The notes under the pieces were generated by a model, which worked only from the letters and a program-made list of their open reading frames with translations, was not told the DNA's origin and did no database searches. Made by a program: the position numbers and the translations under genes. 64,000 bases of DNA from Phocaeicola sp. (GTDB lineage Bacteria > Bacteroidota > Bacteroidia > Bacteroidales > Bacteroidaceae): assembly GCA_045545095.1 (NCBI GenBank), contig JAZQAG010000049.1, forward strand, positions 1,213-65,212, given 5' to 3'. Position 1 is the first letter of the stretch. Each line of letters opens with the position of its first letter. Of this stretch, positions 38,535 through 47,362 are shown piece by piece.

Positions 38535-39884
38535 TTACAGGGTATCCTGTTTGAGGCTTTCCACGAAGCGGTCAATGCGATGCAACTGACGTGGTATATT
38601 GATGCGCTGCGGACAGTGTTTACTACACTGGTTGCACCCTATACAGTGGCTGGCCTGACGCAACTTGGGAACACTGCGGTCATAGCCCACAAGGAAAGCA
38701 CGCCTTGCTTCGCGATATTTGGGGTCCTGACTGCTTTCTGGCACATTACCTTCGTTCACACACTTGTTATAATGCAGCAGAATTGCCGGAATATCAATTC
38801 CGTAAGGACAAGGCATACAGTATTTGCAATCGTTGCACGGGATGGTGGGATACTGTTTGATCAACCGACCCGTTTCGAAAAGAAATTCTTTCTCCTCTTC
38901 CGTCAACGGCACAAGGGGCGAGTAGGTGCGTATGTTGTCCTGCAGATGCTCCATATAGGTCATGCCACTGAGCACCGTCAGTATCAGTTCCGGCGTACCG
39001 GCAAAGCGGAAGGCCCACGAGGCGACACTGCTTTCAGGACGTTGCTGTTTCAACCGCTTCACTATGTGGTCGGGCAATTTGGAGAGACGGCCTCCCAACA
39101 GCGGTTCCATGATGATACCGGGAATCTGGTACTTTTCCAATGACTCGTAAAGACCTTTGGCATTGGAGCCATGCCAATCCACGTAGTTAAGCTGTATCTG
39201 CACAAAATCCCAATGATACTGGTCGTGCAGGGCCAACAACTCATCAAACACCTCCTGCGATCCATGGAACGAAAAGCCCAAACGGCGGATGCGTCCGGCC
39301 TTGCGCTCCTCCATCAGGAAGTCCATCATGCCATTATCCACAAACCGTTTGCGGAAATTGTCCATTCCACCACCGCCCAAAGAGTGCAACAGGTAATAGT
39401 CAATATACTCCACCTGCAGTTCTTCAAAAGAACGCCGGTACATGGCCAACGAATTCTCTCGCGAAGAATTGGAGAAGTTGGACAACTTGGTGGCAATGTA
39501 GTACGACTCACGCGGATGTCTTTTAAGGGCGATGCCCGTAGCCTTTTCCGACTTGCCTTGTACATAGACCGGTGCTGTATCGAAATAGTTGACCCCATGT
39601 GCAAGGGCATAGTCCACCAGATCGTTCACCGCATCCTGGTCGATGATATCCCCCTTCCCTTCCGGATTGGGCATTGTAGGCCAACGCATACAGCCGTATC
39701 CCAATATCGAGACATTATCGTCTCCCAATCCCGGAAAACGGCGACAAGTCATCTTGTCTGTCGGGACAGGCCCCAACTCACTGCCGGTCACATCAGTTTC
39801 CGCCTTCCGTTTGCACCCGCACAACGCGGCTGCCCCAGCGGCTGTGCCCAGTCCCATTATCTTTAAGAAATCGCGTCTGTTCAT
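38535..39884 (-). CDS. aldo/keto reductase with C-terminal 4Fe-4S domain, carrying a twin-arginine signal and lipobox
   Basis: MNRRDFLKIMGLGTAAGAAALCGC (Tat motif plus Cys). AKR core (LGYGCMRWP, GVNYFDTAPVY, IATK, HSLGG). The C-terminus has CNDCKYCMPCP and CIGCNQCSKHCP. Start set to the ATG at 39884. Confidence 0.8.
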   Translation of the reverse strand: MNRRDFLKIMGLGTAAGAAALCGCKRKAETDVTGSELGPVPTDKMTCRRFPGLGDDNVSILGYGCMRWPTMPNPEGKGDIIDQDAVNDLVDYALAHGVNYFDTAPVYVQGKSEKATGIALKRHPRESYYIATKLSNFSNSSRENSLAMYRRSFEELQVEYIDYYLLHSLGGGGMDNFRKRFVDNGMMDFLMEERKAGRIRRLGFSFHGSQEVFDELLALHDQYHWDFVQIQLNYVDWHGSNAKGLYESLEKYQIPGIIMEPLLGGRLSKLPDHIVKRLKQQRPESSVASWAFRFAGTPELILTVLSGMTYMEHLQDNIRTYSPLVPLTEEEKEFLFETGRLIKQYPTIPCNDCKYCMPCPYGIDIPAILLHYNKCVNEGNVPESSQDPKYREARRAFLVGYDRSVPKLRQASHCIGCNQCSKHCPQRINIPRQLHRIDRFVESLKQDTL

Positions 39885-39935
39885 ATCTCTATGTTCCATA
39901 CTTTGTTCTTCATTCCATTTCCACAGTTCCATCTC

Positions 39936-41444
39936 CTAAATCTCCCGATGTCTCTCGTGTCCCTCCACATATATGGCACTGAAGGGACGGGCCGGACAGA
40001 GATGCTCACAAGCCCCACAACCGATACACCGCTCTGTATTGATGGCCGGTATCTTGGGCGAACGCTTGTCACCCTCCACCGAGGGAATCATCTGTATGGC
40101 TCCCGTGGGACAATGGCGGGCACAGTTGCCACAAGGCTGTCCGTCAGTCAGAGGAATACAGTTCTTCTTCACCCATACGGCATGCCCTATTTGGGTAGAG
40201 GACTTGTCTTCACGGGTGATCGGACGGATGGCACCGGTGGGACACACATCCGAGCATTTGGTACATTCCGGCCTGCAATAGCCACGCTCATACCTCATCT
40301 CGGGCTGCATCAGCCTTGTCAAATCTGTAGAGGGAACAAGCACCCCGTTGGGGCACACCGACACACAAAGCTGGCAGGCAGTACAGTGTTGGGCAAAATG
40401 GCGGGCGCTCCATGCTCCGGGAGGCACCAGATGGGTTTGTCTGTCAGGCACCACCTTGTCCACGATGGTTGCCAGTCCGCCATCCACCTTCATTTCCTGC
40501 GCCTTAATGGCTGCCGTGGCCGTCGCCACGGCAGTTGTCGCCAGGAAGGTGCGTCGGGACGTATCTCCCACGTGCAACGAGTCTTGGGTTGCAGCCCCAT
40601 CCCCTACAGGCTGTTGGTGATTCTTCACGACAGCTCTTCTATAGCTGATGGCCCCGCGTTTGCATTTGTCCAAACAGTCCATGCAAGCCACGCAGCGACT
40701 GTAGTCTATCCGGTGTTCCTTACTATTGATGCAAGCCGCCTTGCAATTGCGGGCACACAGTCCACATCCATTACATTTGTTGGTGTCAATCACAGGCTTC
40801 AGCCACGAAAAGCGTGCGATGAAGCCCAATACCGTACCGACCGGACAAATGGTGTTGCAATATGTACGTCCACCACGCCAAGCCAATATACCTATTATTA
40901 ATAATGTAGCCACAGCGACTCCGAATGTCGTTGCGCTCCTTATCCATACCTCTGTTCCGTAAAAAGCATAACTGTCTGCCCGCTCAGCCAAATAGGCCAA
41001 TCCATTGTTGCCCCACTGCCAAAGCGGAGCCAACAGGCTATGGGCAATACGCCCGTAGGCACTGTAGGGGGCCAGCAATTTGGCCAATATGCCTCCACCT
41101 GCGAGCAACGACACAATAAAAAGAAGCAGCATGATGTAGCGCAACCACCTCTTCTCGGCCGAGTAGGCATACCGGTTCTTCTTGGCCTTCTTTCCCAGCC
41201 AGGCAAAGATATCCTGCATCACGCCCAATGGACAGATGACCGAACAATAGACTCTTCCAAACAATGCAGTCAGCAAGACCAACATGACCACCACTCCTAC
41301 ATTCAGGGCAAGCAGGGCCGGCAAGAACTGGATTTTGGCCATCCAACCGAACCAAGCATGCAACGTTCCCGTAAAATCCAGAAACAGCATCGTTATGGCT
41401 ACATAGAAAATGATGGCAAGGGCTACTCTAATTTTTCGCAACAT
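39936..41444 (-). CDS. membrane polyferredoxin: NapH-like module (TMs, 2x CX3CP, 2x 4Fe-4S) fused to a NapG-like 4x[4Fe-4S] module through an internal twin-arginine segment
   Basis: CSVICPLG and CNTICPVG. CNGCGLCARNC and CVACMDCLDKC. An internal TSRRTFLATTAVATATAAIKAQE segment. Then CTACQLCVSVCP, CRPECTKCSDVCP, CGNCARHCP and CIGCGACEHLCP. Start set to the ATG at 41444 (MLRKIRVALAIIFYV). Confidence 0.72.
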   Translation of the reverse strand: MLRKIRVALAIIFYVAITMLFLDFTGTLHAWFGWMAKIQFLPALLALNVGVVVMLVLLTALFGRVYCSVICPLGVMQDIFAWLGKKAKKNRYAYSAEKRWLRYIMLLLFIVSLLAGGGILAKLLAPYSAYGRIAHSLLAPLWQWGNNGLAYLAERADSYAFYGTEVWIRSATTFGVAVATLLIIGILAWRGGRTYCNTICPVGTVLGFIARFSWLKPVIDTNKCNGCGLCARNCKAACINSKEHRIDYSRCVACMDCLDKCKRGAISYRRAVVKNHQQPVGDGAATQDSLHVGDTSRRTFLATTAVATATAAIKAQEMKVDGGLATIVDKVVPDRQTHLVPPGAWSARHFAQHCTACQLCVSVCPNGVLVPSTDLTRLMQPEMRYERGYCRPECTKCSDVCPTGAIRPITREDKSSTQIGHAVWVKKNCIPLTDGQPCGNCARHCPTGAIQMIPSVEGDKRSPKIPAINTERCIGCGACEHLCPARPFSAIYVEGHERHREI

Positions 41445-41696
41445 GGTATTTGTGTTTATTTTTTCAATACAAGTTTTCCACATGGTGATACCAACAAAGT
41501 GGGTATCATTTCGCAAAAGTATATTCTTTTTCTCAAAAAAACGATTTTTTCAAGATAAATGTACAGCCTTTTGTCCAATTTATTTAATTTTCTCTCCTCC
41601 ACAATACAAATAGGAAAAAATCCAAACTGCATTTTTGACGTTCAAGAAACGGAGAAGGGCTCTTTTGCCAATATTTTCGGATTAAATCCGACAAGC

Positions 41697-41715
41697 GTGT
41701 CCAATTTTTGGACAC
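41697..41715. promoter_or_regulatory. perfect palindrome GTGTCCAA-TTT-TTGGACAC upstream of the first TlpA-like gene
   Basis: 8-bp arms read directly from the sequence. A second palindrome, tcggatt-a-aatccga, lies at 41677-41691. Confidence 0.4.
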
Positions 41716-41813
41716 TTTTAAGTCGAAAAAGACGATTTAACAAATTTTTAGTCCCTTCTTCTTGCATAATCCTATAACTTTGAAACCAAAAATAACAACA
41801 GCATAAAAAGACT

Positions 41814-43754
41814 ATGAGAAAGAAAAGTATTATTTTGTTGGCCGCAGTGCTGCTCGTGGCCGGTGGTCAGGCATCAGCCTTCAAGAAGCAGTTCAAGGAT
41901 GTAGAATGGCTGAACAGCAATGTCGGCAATGCAGAAATCACCCACGTGATGCTGACCGACACGGCCACCATCGTCACCTTCCACAAGCACGACACAAACA
42001 ATGGCATCCGCTTTGACCGGGCCACCTGCCTCGTGGACGACAAAGGCAAGGAGTACCGCATCATGCGCAGCCAAGGAATCCCCGACGAGAAGTTCGACCA
42101 ATTCTTCCCAAAGACAGCCAACGAGGCGAACGACTTCAAACTGCTGTTCGAACCTCTGCCCAAGAAGACTCCTTTCTTTGATCTGATAGAGGGGAGAAAA
42201 TCCGGTGACTTCCGAATCTTAGGCATACACGATGCCAAGAAGCCTATCGGGATTCCTACCTTCGTGGATACAGTGAGTGTGCCACAGGACTTCATCCGCA
42301 CGGACACCGTCTGCCTGTGCGGACAGATTGAGGGATACTCGCGCGACATGGGGTTCAATACCATGCAACTCTATCTGGGGAACGAACTGACAGGCGAGGA
42401 CACGCCCAAAGCCATCGATGTGCAGGAAGACGGGACATTCGAAATCAAGTTTGTCGATTTTTATCCCAAGGAGCTCTATTTCTCTATCCGCACGGAAAAC
42501 CTCTATCAGCCAATCAGTGCCTATCTGGTGCCAGGATGCACCACCGTGATCAACATCCACAAGGACTGGACGATAGACTATAAAGGCTCTGACGAGGAGG
42601 TGCTGCGTTGCGAAAGGCTGATAATGAGTGGAACGGACTACATGAACAGCTATCAGTACAGGGACTATGAAAAAGATAAGGAGGCGCTGTCGTTTGCAGA
42701 GATGCAGGAAAAACTGATGGGACTGGCCAAGACCAACGAAAAGGCTGTGGATTACATAGCCTGGCGCAACGGTTTCAATCCATGGGAGCGGCACTTGGCA
42801 CACGTGTGGAACAAGTTACGCCATGCCCGGTGGATTATGGAGTACATCATGGATGCCCGGTTTGCAACCTACCGAAAAGTGACGGGTGAAGACAGCATCC
42901 GGGCCTATAAGAGGTTGGCCGATGTGACCGATGCGGCCAATTGGGGATTCTTCAGGGAATTGCCCTACAACGATGTCTCTTCACTGACCAGCAATGACAT
43001 AAGCATTATGCTGAACCGCTATGAATTTGCGCCGGTGCTGGACGAAGCCTTCAGGCTCCTCATAGTGAAAGCCGACTATGAAGCAAGCAAAGACAGTACC
43101 ATACTGGCCAACGACATGAAGGTGACAGGAGCAGACAGCCCCTCGCTATGGGGAAAGATTGTCGTACTGAGAAAGACGGAGAACAATCTCAAAAACTTCC
43201 GGAAGGAAAAGGAGGAACAGAAGAGGTTGGTGGAACTCCGCCGCGAGACATTGGAGCATCCCGGCCTGCAGGCCAATCTCGACCGCCTCTACGCCAAGGA
43301 GCTGGAGCGGCAGACACTCATCTACAGCCTGCCCGATACAGAAGCAACCCGTATCCTGCGCCGCATGACGGACAAATACAGGGGGAAATACCTGCTCATT
43401 GACTTCTGGGGAATGGGATGCGGCCCCTGCCGGAGCGCCATCGAACACTCCAAGGAGTTGCGCAAGACCTTCAGACTCCATCCCGAGGTGGATTTCCTCT
43501 TCATCGCGGCACCTGAGTCAACCGAAGAGGCATACAACAACTACGTGAAGGAGAACCTCGATGGGGAGGACTGCCACCTCATCACCCGCGACGAATACAA
43601 CAAACTGATGGAACTCTTCCAGTTCAATGGCATTCCCCACTACGAAACGCTGGACAAGAACGGTAACGTGGTGCGCGAAGGACTGGAGTACTGCCTCTAC
43701 GATACCAACACATTTACCGAGAAACTGAAAGAACTGAAAAATAGATTAGAATAA
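41814..43754 (+). CDS. TlpA/ResA-like thioredoxin-fold thiol:disulfide oxidoreductase, paralog A (large N-terminal extension)
   Basis: Signal peptide MRKKSIILLAAVLLVAGGQASA. The C-terminal thioredoxin domain has LIDFWGMGCGPCRS and FQFNGIPHY. Confidence 0.75.
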   Translation: MRKKSIILLAAVLLVAGGQASAFKKQFKDVEWLNSNVGNAEITHVMLTDTATIVTFHKHDTNNGIRFDRATCLVDDKGKEYRIMRSQGIPDEKFDQFFPKTANEANDFKLLFEPLPKKTPFFDLIEGRKSGDFRILGIHDAKKPIGIPTFVDTVSVPQDFIRTDTVCLCGQIEGYSRDMGFNTMQLYLGNELTGEDTPKAIDVQEDGTFEIKFVDFYPKELYFSIRTENLYQPISAYLVPGCTTVINIHKDWTIDYKGSDEEVLRCERLIMSGTDYMNSYQYRDYEKDKEALSFAEMQEKLMGLAKTNEKAVDYIAWRNGFNPWERHLAHVWNKLRHARWIMEYIMDARFATYRKVTGEDSIRAYKRLADVTDAANWGFFRELPYNDVSSLTSNDISIMLNRYEFAPVLDEAFRLLIVKADYEASKDSTILANDMKVTGADSPSLWGKIVVLRKTENNLKNFRKEKEEQKRLVELRRETLEHPGLQANLDRLYAKELERQTLIYSLPDTEATRILRRMTDKYRGKYLLIDFWGMGCGPCRSAIEHSKELRKTFRLHPEVDFLFIAAPESTEEAYNNYVKENLDGEDCHLITRDEYNKLMELFQFNGIPHYETLDKNGNVVREGLEYCLYDTNTFTEKLKELKNRLE

Positions 43755-43779
43755 TCGGTTGCGGCAAAATGCCATTCAA

Positions 43780-43972
43780 AAAAAGCAGAATTTAAACTTT
43801 ACTTTTGCCGCAAAGATACGCTTATATAATATATAGGTGTCTAAAAATTAGACATTCTGGCATCGGAAACAGACGTTTTTTGACTTTACCCTTGGAGGAG
43901 AGATGGGAAACGACTATTTTTGCCACAAAGAAGAGTACCAGGAAAAGTAAGACAAACAAAGATATAGAAATT
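43780..43972 (+). repeat. 193-bp leader cassette, copy 1 (partner at 52648-52840)
   Basis: Aligns without gaps to 52648-52840, with about ten mismatches by eye. Homology continues about 45 nt into the CDS. Confidence 0.9.
43838..43854. promoter_or_regulatory. palindrome TGTCTAA-AAA-TTAGACA in leader copy 1
   Basis: 7-bp arms, with the same half-site architecture as 41697-41715. Confidence 0.4.
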
Positions 43973-46141
43973 ATGAGAAAGAAAAGCATCCTGATGGCGG
44001 TGCTGGCGATGGCCGCCATTGTATGGGCACAGCCCACCGTTGCACAGAAACGAACCGAAAGTACGGTGATTGAGAATCCACAGTTCAGTGTAAGCAATAC
44101 GGGCACACTCACCATCGACCGGGTGGAACTGTTACCGGACTCTACCCGCCTGCACATGACGGCCTATCACAGTCCGCGCAGTTGGGTGCACATTGCCCGC
44201 GAGACTTACATACGGGTAAAAGGCGAGAAGCTGACAATGACCTCGGCCGAGGGCATCACGCCCGATAAGGAGTTTTACTCGGACGAGACGAACCAGACGC
44301 ACTTCGTGCTGAACTTTCCCGCTGTGGCCGCTGATGCACAGACACTGGACTTCTATGAAAGCGATTGCGAGGATTGCTTCAAGTTTTGGGATGTGGCACT
44401 GACCCCTGAGGCACAACAGATAGCGGTTTCTACTCCGGCAGACATTCAGGCTTGGGCAAATATCCCTGATGACGGCAAACCATTGGTGACACCCACTTGG
44501 AAATCGGGAAAGGCTACGGTGAAGGGCTTCATCCGAGGGTACAAGCCTGAGATGGGAAAGGAAATAATTGTCTATTACGATAATCCTGTGACTGGCATAC
44601 AGGAGATGCACGGGATAGGAATAAAACCTGACGGCACATTCAATGCCAGTATCCCTATTGCCACAACAGATGCCAGTGTTTTCGCCAGAATGCCGAATTC
44701 CACCATTTCTTTCCTCATCGCCGAAGGCCAAGAGGTGGAAATGTACATAGACAGGGTAGCGGAGGTTCACCAGAGAATACCAAACAAGGCTTTGCAAACC
44801 CAGCAGCAACAGACCATTTTCTTCCGTGGAGTACATGCCGACATCAACAACTGTTTGCAGACAGAAGAGGCAAAGTCATTCGACACCCACATCCCGACCA
44901 AGAAGTATCTGAAGGATATTGCAGACATGAGTCTTGAAGAATACAAAAGCTATTACATGGATTTTTACCAGAAACAGTTGGCGGTTATGGAGGAGCTACC
45001 TTTCTCCAGTAAGATGAAGGAATTCCTTGGATTGGAGTTGAAGCAATATATCAGCCATTTTCTGTTCTTCGGAGACATGCACTTGGAGAGTGCTTTCCGC
45101 CAAAAGCACAATTTGGGCAGGAGGGACACACTCAAAGGCTATAACACCCCCGTCTTTACTGAAAAGTACTATTCGTTCCTGAAGGAACTGGACATGAATA
45201 ATCCCAAAAACCTGCTTCATTCGGAATTTTCAAACAATGTGAACAGCTGCAAGTTCATCAACTATAATCTGTACGATTACAACGCACTCATGCACTCCAC
45301 AACAGCCAAAGAGTTTCTGAAGGAGAAGACGCTGAACCGTGAGGAAAAGAAACTGATGAAGAAGATAAGCGGTGTAAAGACCATGCAGGAGTTCCGAGAA
45401 CTTCTAAATAGAGATGAAGCATCGGCATCGACATGGAAGAATATGCAAGAGAGGTTCTATGATCTGATGAAAGGGCAACGTATCCCATTACAGATACAGA
45501 CGGCAGCCAAACTGATGGGTACGAAGAAGAGCATTGTGTTCGACCTGATGGCAGCACAAACCCTATGCGCCCCGTTGGAAGAGAAAATGCCTATCCCCGA
45601 AGAGGACTTCCATAAAGCCGAACAGTTGGAGAATCCTTTCTTTGCCGAATACATGAGAGAAAAGAATGCCGAACTGGCCGCCGAACTTGAAGCGCAGAAG
45701 CAGAAGGGAGGCTACACCATACACCAGGCAGGAGAGAGTCTGGGCGAAGCCCTATTGGTAGATATCGTGCAACAGTTCAAGGGGAAAGTAATCTTCATCG
45801 ATCTATGGGCCACCTGGTGCGGTCCTTGCCGTTCGGCCATGACACGGTTTGAACCGATAAAAGAGAAGTTGCAAGAGTTGAAGGGTAAGGACTTGGCTTT
45901 CGTCTATCTGACCGACGAGAGCTCTCCCGAAAAGGCATGGAAAAACATGATTCCCAACATCAAAGGCGAGCACTACCGCCTCAGCAACTCCCAACTGGGC
46001 AGTCTGAAACTGATGTTCAACTTCACCGGCATCCCCTCGTACCTCATTGTAAGCAAAGAGGGAAAAGTTGTCTATTCACATGTCGGTTTCGAAGGTAACG
46101 AGAAGATTGCACGACTCCTGATAGAAGAGTTGAAGAAATAA
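43973..46141 (+). CDS. TlpA-like thioredoxin-fold oxidoreductase, paralog B
   Basis: Signal peptide MRKKSILMAVLAMAAIVWAQP. C-terminal FIDLWATWCGPCRS and FNFTGIPSY. Start set to the ATG at 43973; the track TTG start at 43805 lies in the leader. Confidence 0.75.
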   Translation: MRKKSILMAVLAMAAIVWAQPTVAQKRTESTVIENPQFSVSNTGTLTIDRVELLPDSTRLHMTAYHSPRSWVHIARETYIRVKGEKLTMTSAEGITPDKEFYSDETNQTHFVLNFPAVAADAQTLDFYESDCEDCFKFWDVALTPEAQQIAVSTPADIQAWANIPDDGKPLVTPTWKSGKATVKGFIRGYKPEMGKEIIVYYDNPVTGIQEMHGIGIKPDGTFNASIPIATTDASVFARMPNSTISFLIAEGQEVEMYIDRVAEVHQRIPNKALQTQQQQTIFFRGVHADINNCLQTEEAKSFDTHIPTKKYLKDIADMSLEEYKSYYMDFYQKQLAVMEELPFSSKMKEFLGLELKQYISHFLFFGDMHLESAFRQKHNLGRRDTLKGYNTPVFTEKYYSFLKELDMNNPKNLLHSEFSNNVNSCKFINYNLYDYNALMHSTTAKEFLKEKTLNREEKKLMKKISGVKTMQEFRELLNRDEASASTWKNMQERFYDLMKGQRIPLQIQTAAKLMGTKKSIVFDLMAAQTLCAPLEEKMPIPEEDFHKAEQLENPFFAEYMREKNAELAAELEAQKQKGGYTIHQAGESLGEALLVDIVQQFKGKVIFIDLWATWCGPCRSAMTRFEPIKEKLQELKGKDLAFVYLTDESSPEKAWKNMIPNIKGEHYRLSNSQLGSLKLMFNFTGIPSYLIVSKEGKVVYSHVGFEGNEKIARLLIEELKK

Positions 46142-46151
46142 ACTAAAAACT

Positions 46152-47360
46152 ATGAAAAGAAAGAAAAGTATGCTGATGGCGGCACTGGTGATGGCCGCCG
46201 CAAGCCTGATGTCATTTGTAAGTGCATCGGAGGAAGAAACAATCGTAATTGAGGGAAAGCTGACCAATGTGCCAGACAGCATAGTATTGAGCCTGACCGA
46301 ATGGGACGGGAATGTGGGAGATTGTGTGGCCACCGATACAGTGATAAATGGTAAGTTCCTGTTCGAGATAAAGACCGATATCAAAGAAGTACATCCAACC
46401 AGCATCAATTGCGATGCTTTCGGATTTTCGACTTCTGATTTCTTATGGATAGAACCGGGTGCCAAGGTGAAGATTACAGGCGATGGTCTGGACTACTCGG
46501 CATGGAAAATCAAAAGCAACGTGGCGGTGCAGAAGACTGAGAACCGTTTCCGCAAAGCTTCGGAAGAGGCATATAGCCAATTGTATCAAATAGAGACCGA
46601 ACTCTATACCATGACGGAAGCCAACGACAAAGGGAAGCGTTCCGACGAAGAAATCCAAAAGGTACGCGCCCGCATGAATGAATTGAACAAGTTACAAAGA
46701 AATGTCCGTTCGGAAATACACAACAAGGAAAATGCCCTGCTCCCCGACATTACCCCCGACGAAGCATGGCTTACCCGACTATATCAACTTTCACGCGCAG
46801 GCAGTTTCACCAATGACACGCTGAAACTTGCCCAAGCCAAAGAGCAATACGCACGTATGGACGAGCGGCTGAAGGCCACTTTCCACGGACAAGGCATCAC
46901 GACTTACCTCTTCCCCTTCAAAGTGGTGAAGGTGGGCGATATGATTCCCAATCTTGAATTGAAAGACACATCAGGTAATACCCACCGTCTGCAGGAACTG
47001 AAGGGGAAATATATCCTGCTCGACTTTTGGAGCAGCGGTTGTGCCCCTTGCATCGCAAGTTTTCCTGAACTGAAGACCCTCTCAGAACAGATGAAGGAGA
47101 AGATAGCGGTGGTAAGCGTCAGCGAAGATGGCGAAGAGATGTGGCGCAAAACCTCTGCCAAACACAGCATCACATGGAACAATTGGAACGACCTGAAGCA
47201 CAACAACGGCATCTTTGCCCACTTCGGAATACGCACCATCCCGCACTACTTCCTTATTTCGCCTGAAGGAAAGATTATTGCGACAGATATAGGTTACAGC
47301 AAAGGCAGCCTCTTCAAGTTTGTGAAAAAGACTATTGCAGAACATAACAAACAAGAATAA
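46152..47360 (+). CDS. TlpA-like oxidoreductase, paralog C (DUF4369-like N-domain + helical linker + thioredoxin)
   Basis: IVIEGKLTNVPDS..., LLDFWSSGCAPC, FGIRTIPHY. 10 nt after paralog B. Confidence 0.75.
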   Translation: MKRKKSMLMAALVMAAASLMSFVSASEEETIVIEGKLTNVPDSIVLSLTEWDGNVGDCVATDTVINGKFLFEIKTDIKEVHPTSINCDAFGFSTSDFLWIEPGAKVKITGDGLDYSAWKIKSNVAVQKTENRFRKASEEAYSQLYQIETELYTMTEANDKGKRSDEEIQKVRARMNELNKLQRNVRSEIHNKENALLPDITPDEAWLTRLYQLSRAGSFTNDTLKLAQAKEQYARMDERLKATFHGQGITTYLFPFKVVKVGDMIPNLELKDTSGNTHRLQELKGKYILLDFWSSGCAPCIASFPELKTLSEQMKEKIAVVSVSEDGEEMWRKTSAKHSITWNNWNDLKHNNGIFAHFGIRTIPHYFLISPEGKIIATDIGYSKGSLFKFVKKTIAEHNKQE

Positions 47361-47362
47361 CC

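Noticed and set aside
41559-41777. Small ORFs (67-72 aa) in the 369-bp divergent spacer upstream of TlpA paralog A
   Set aside because: They are AT-rich and low-complexity, overlap palindromes and promoter-like boxes, and show no coding signature.
43805-43972. In-frame 56-codon N-terminal extensions of TlpA paralogs B and F (TTG starts at 43805 and 52673)
   Set aside because: The extension precedes a perfectly good ATG plus signal peptide (MRKKSI...). It contains promoter-like TAnnTTTG boxes and a palindrome, and it would bury the signal peptide. I treat it as a non-coding leader. The open frame is one sequence duplicated, not independent evidence.
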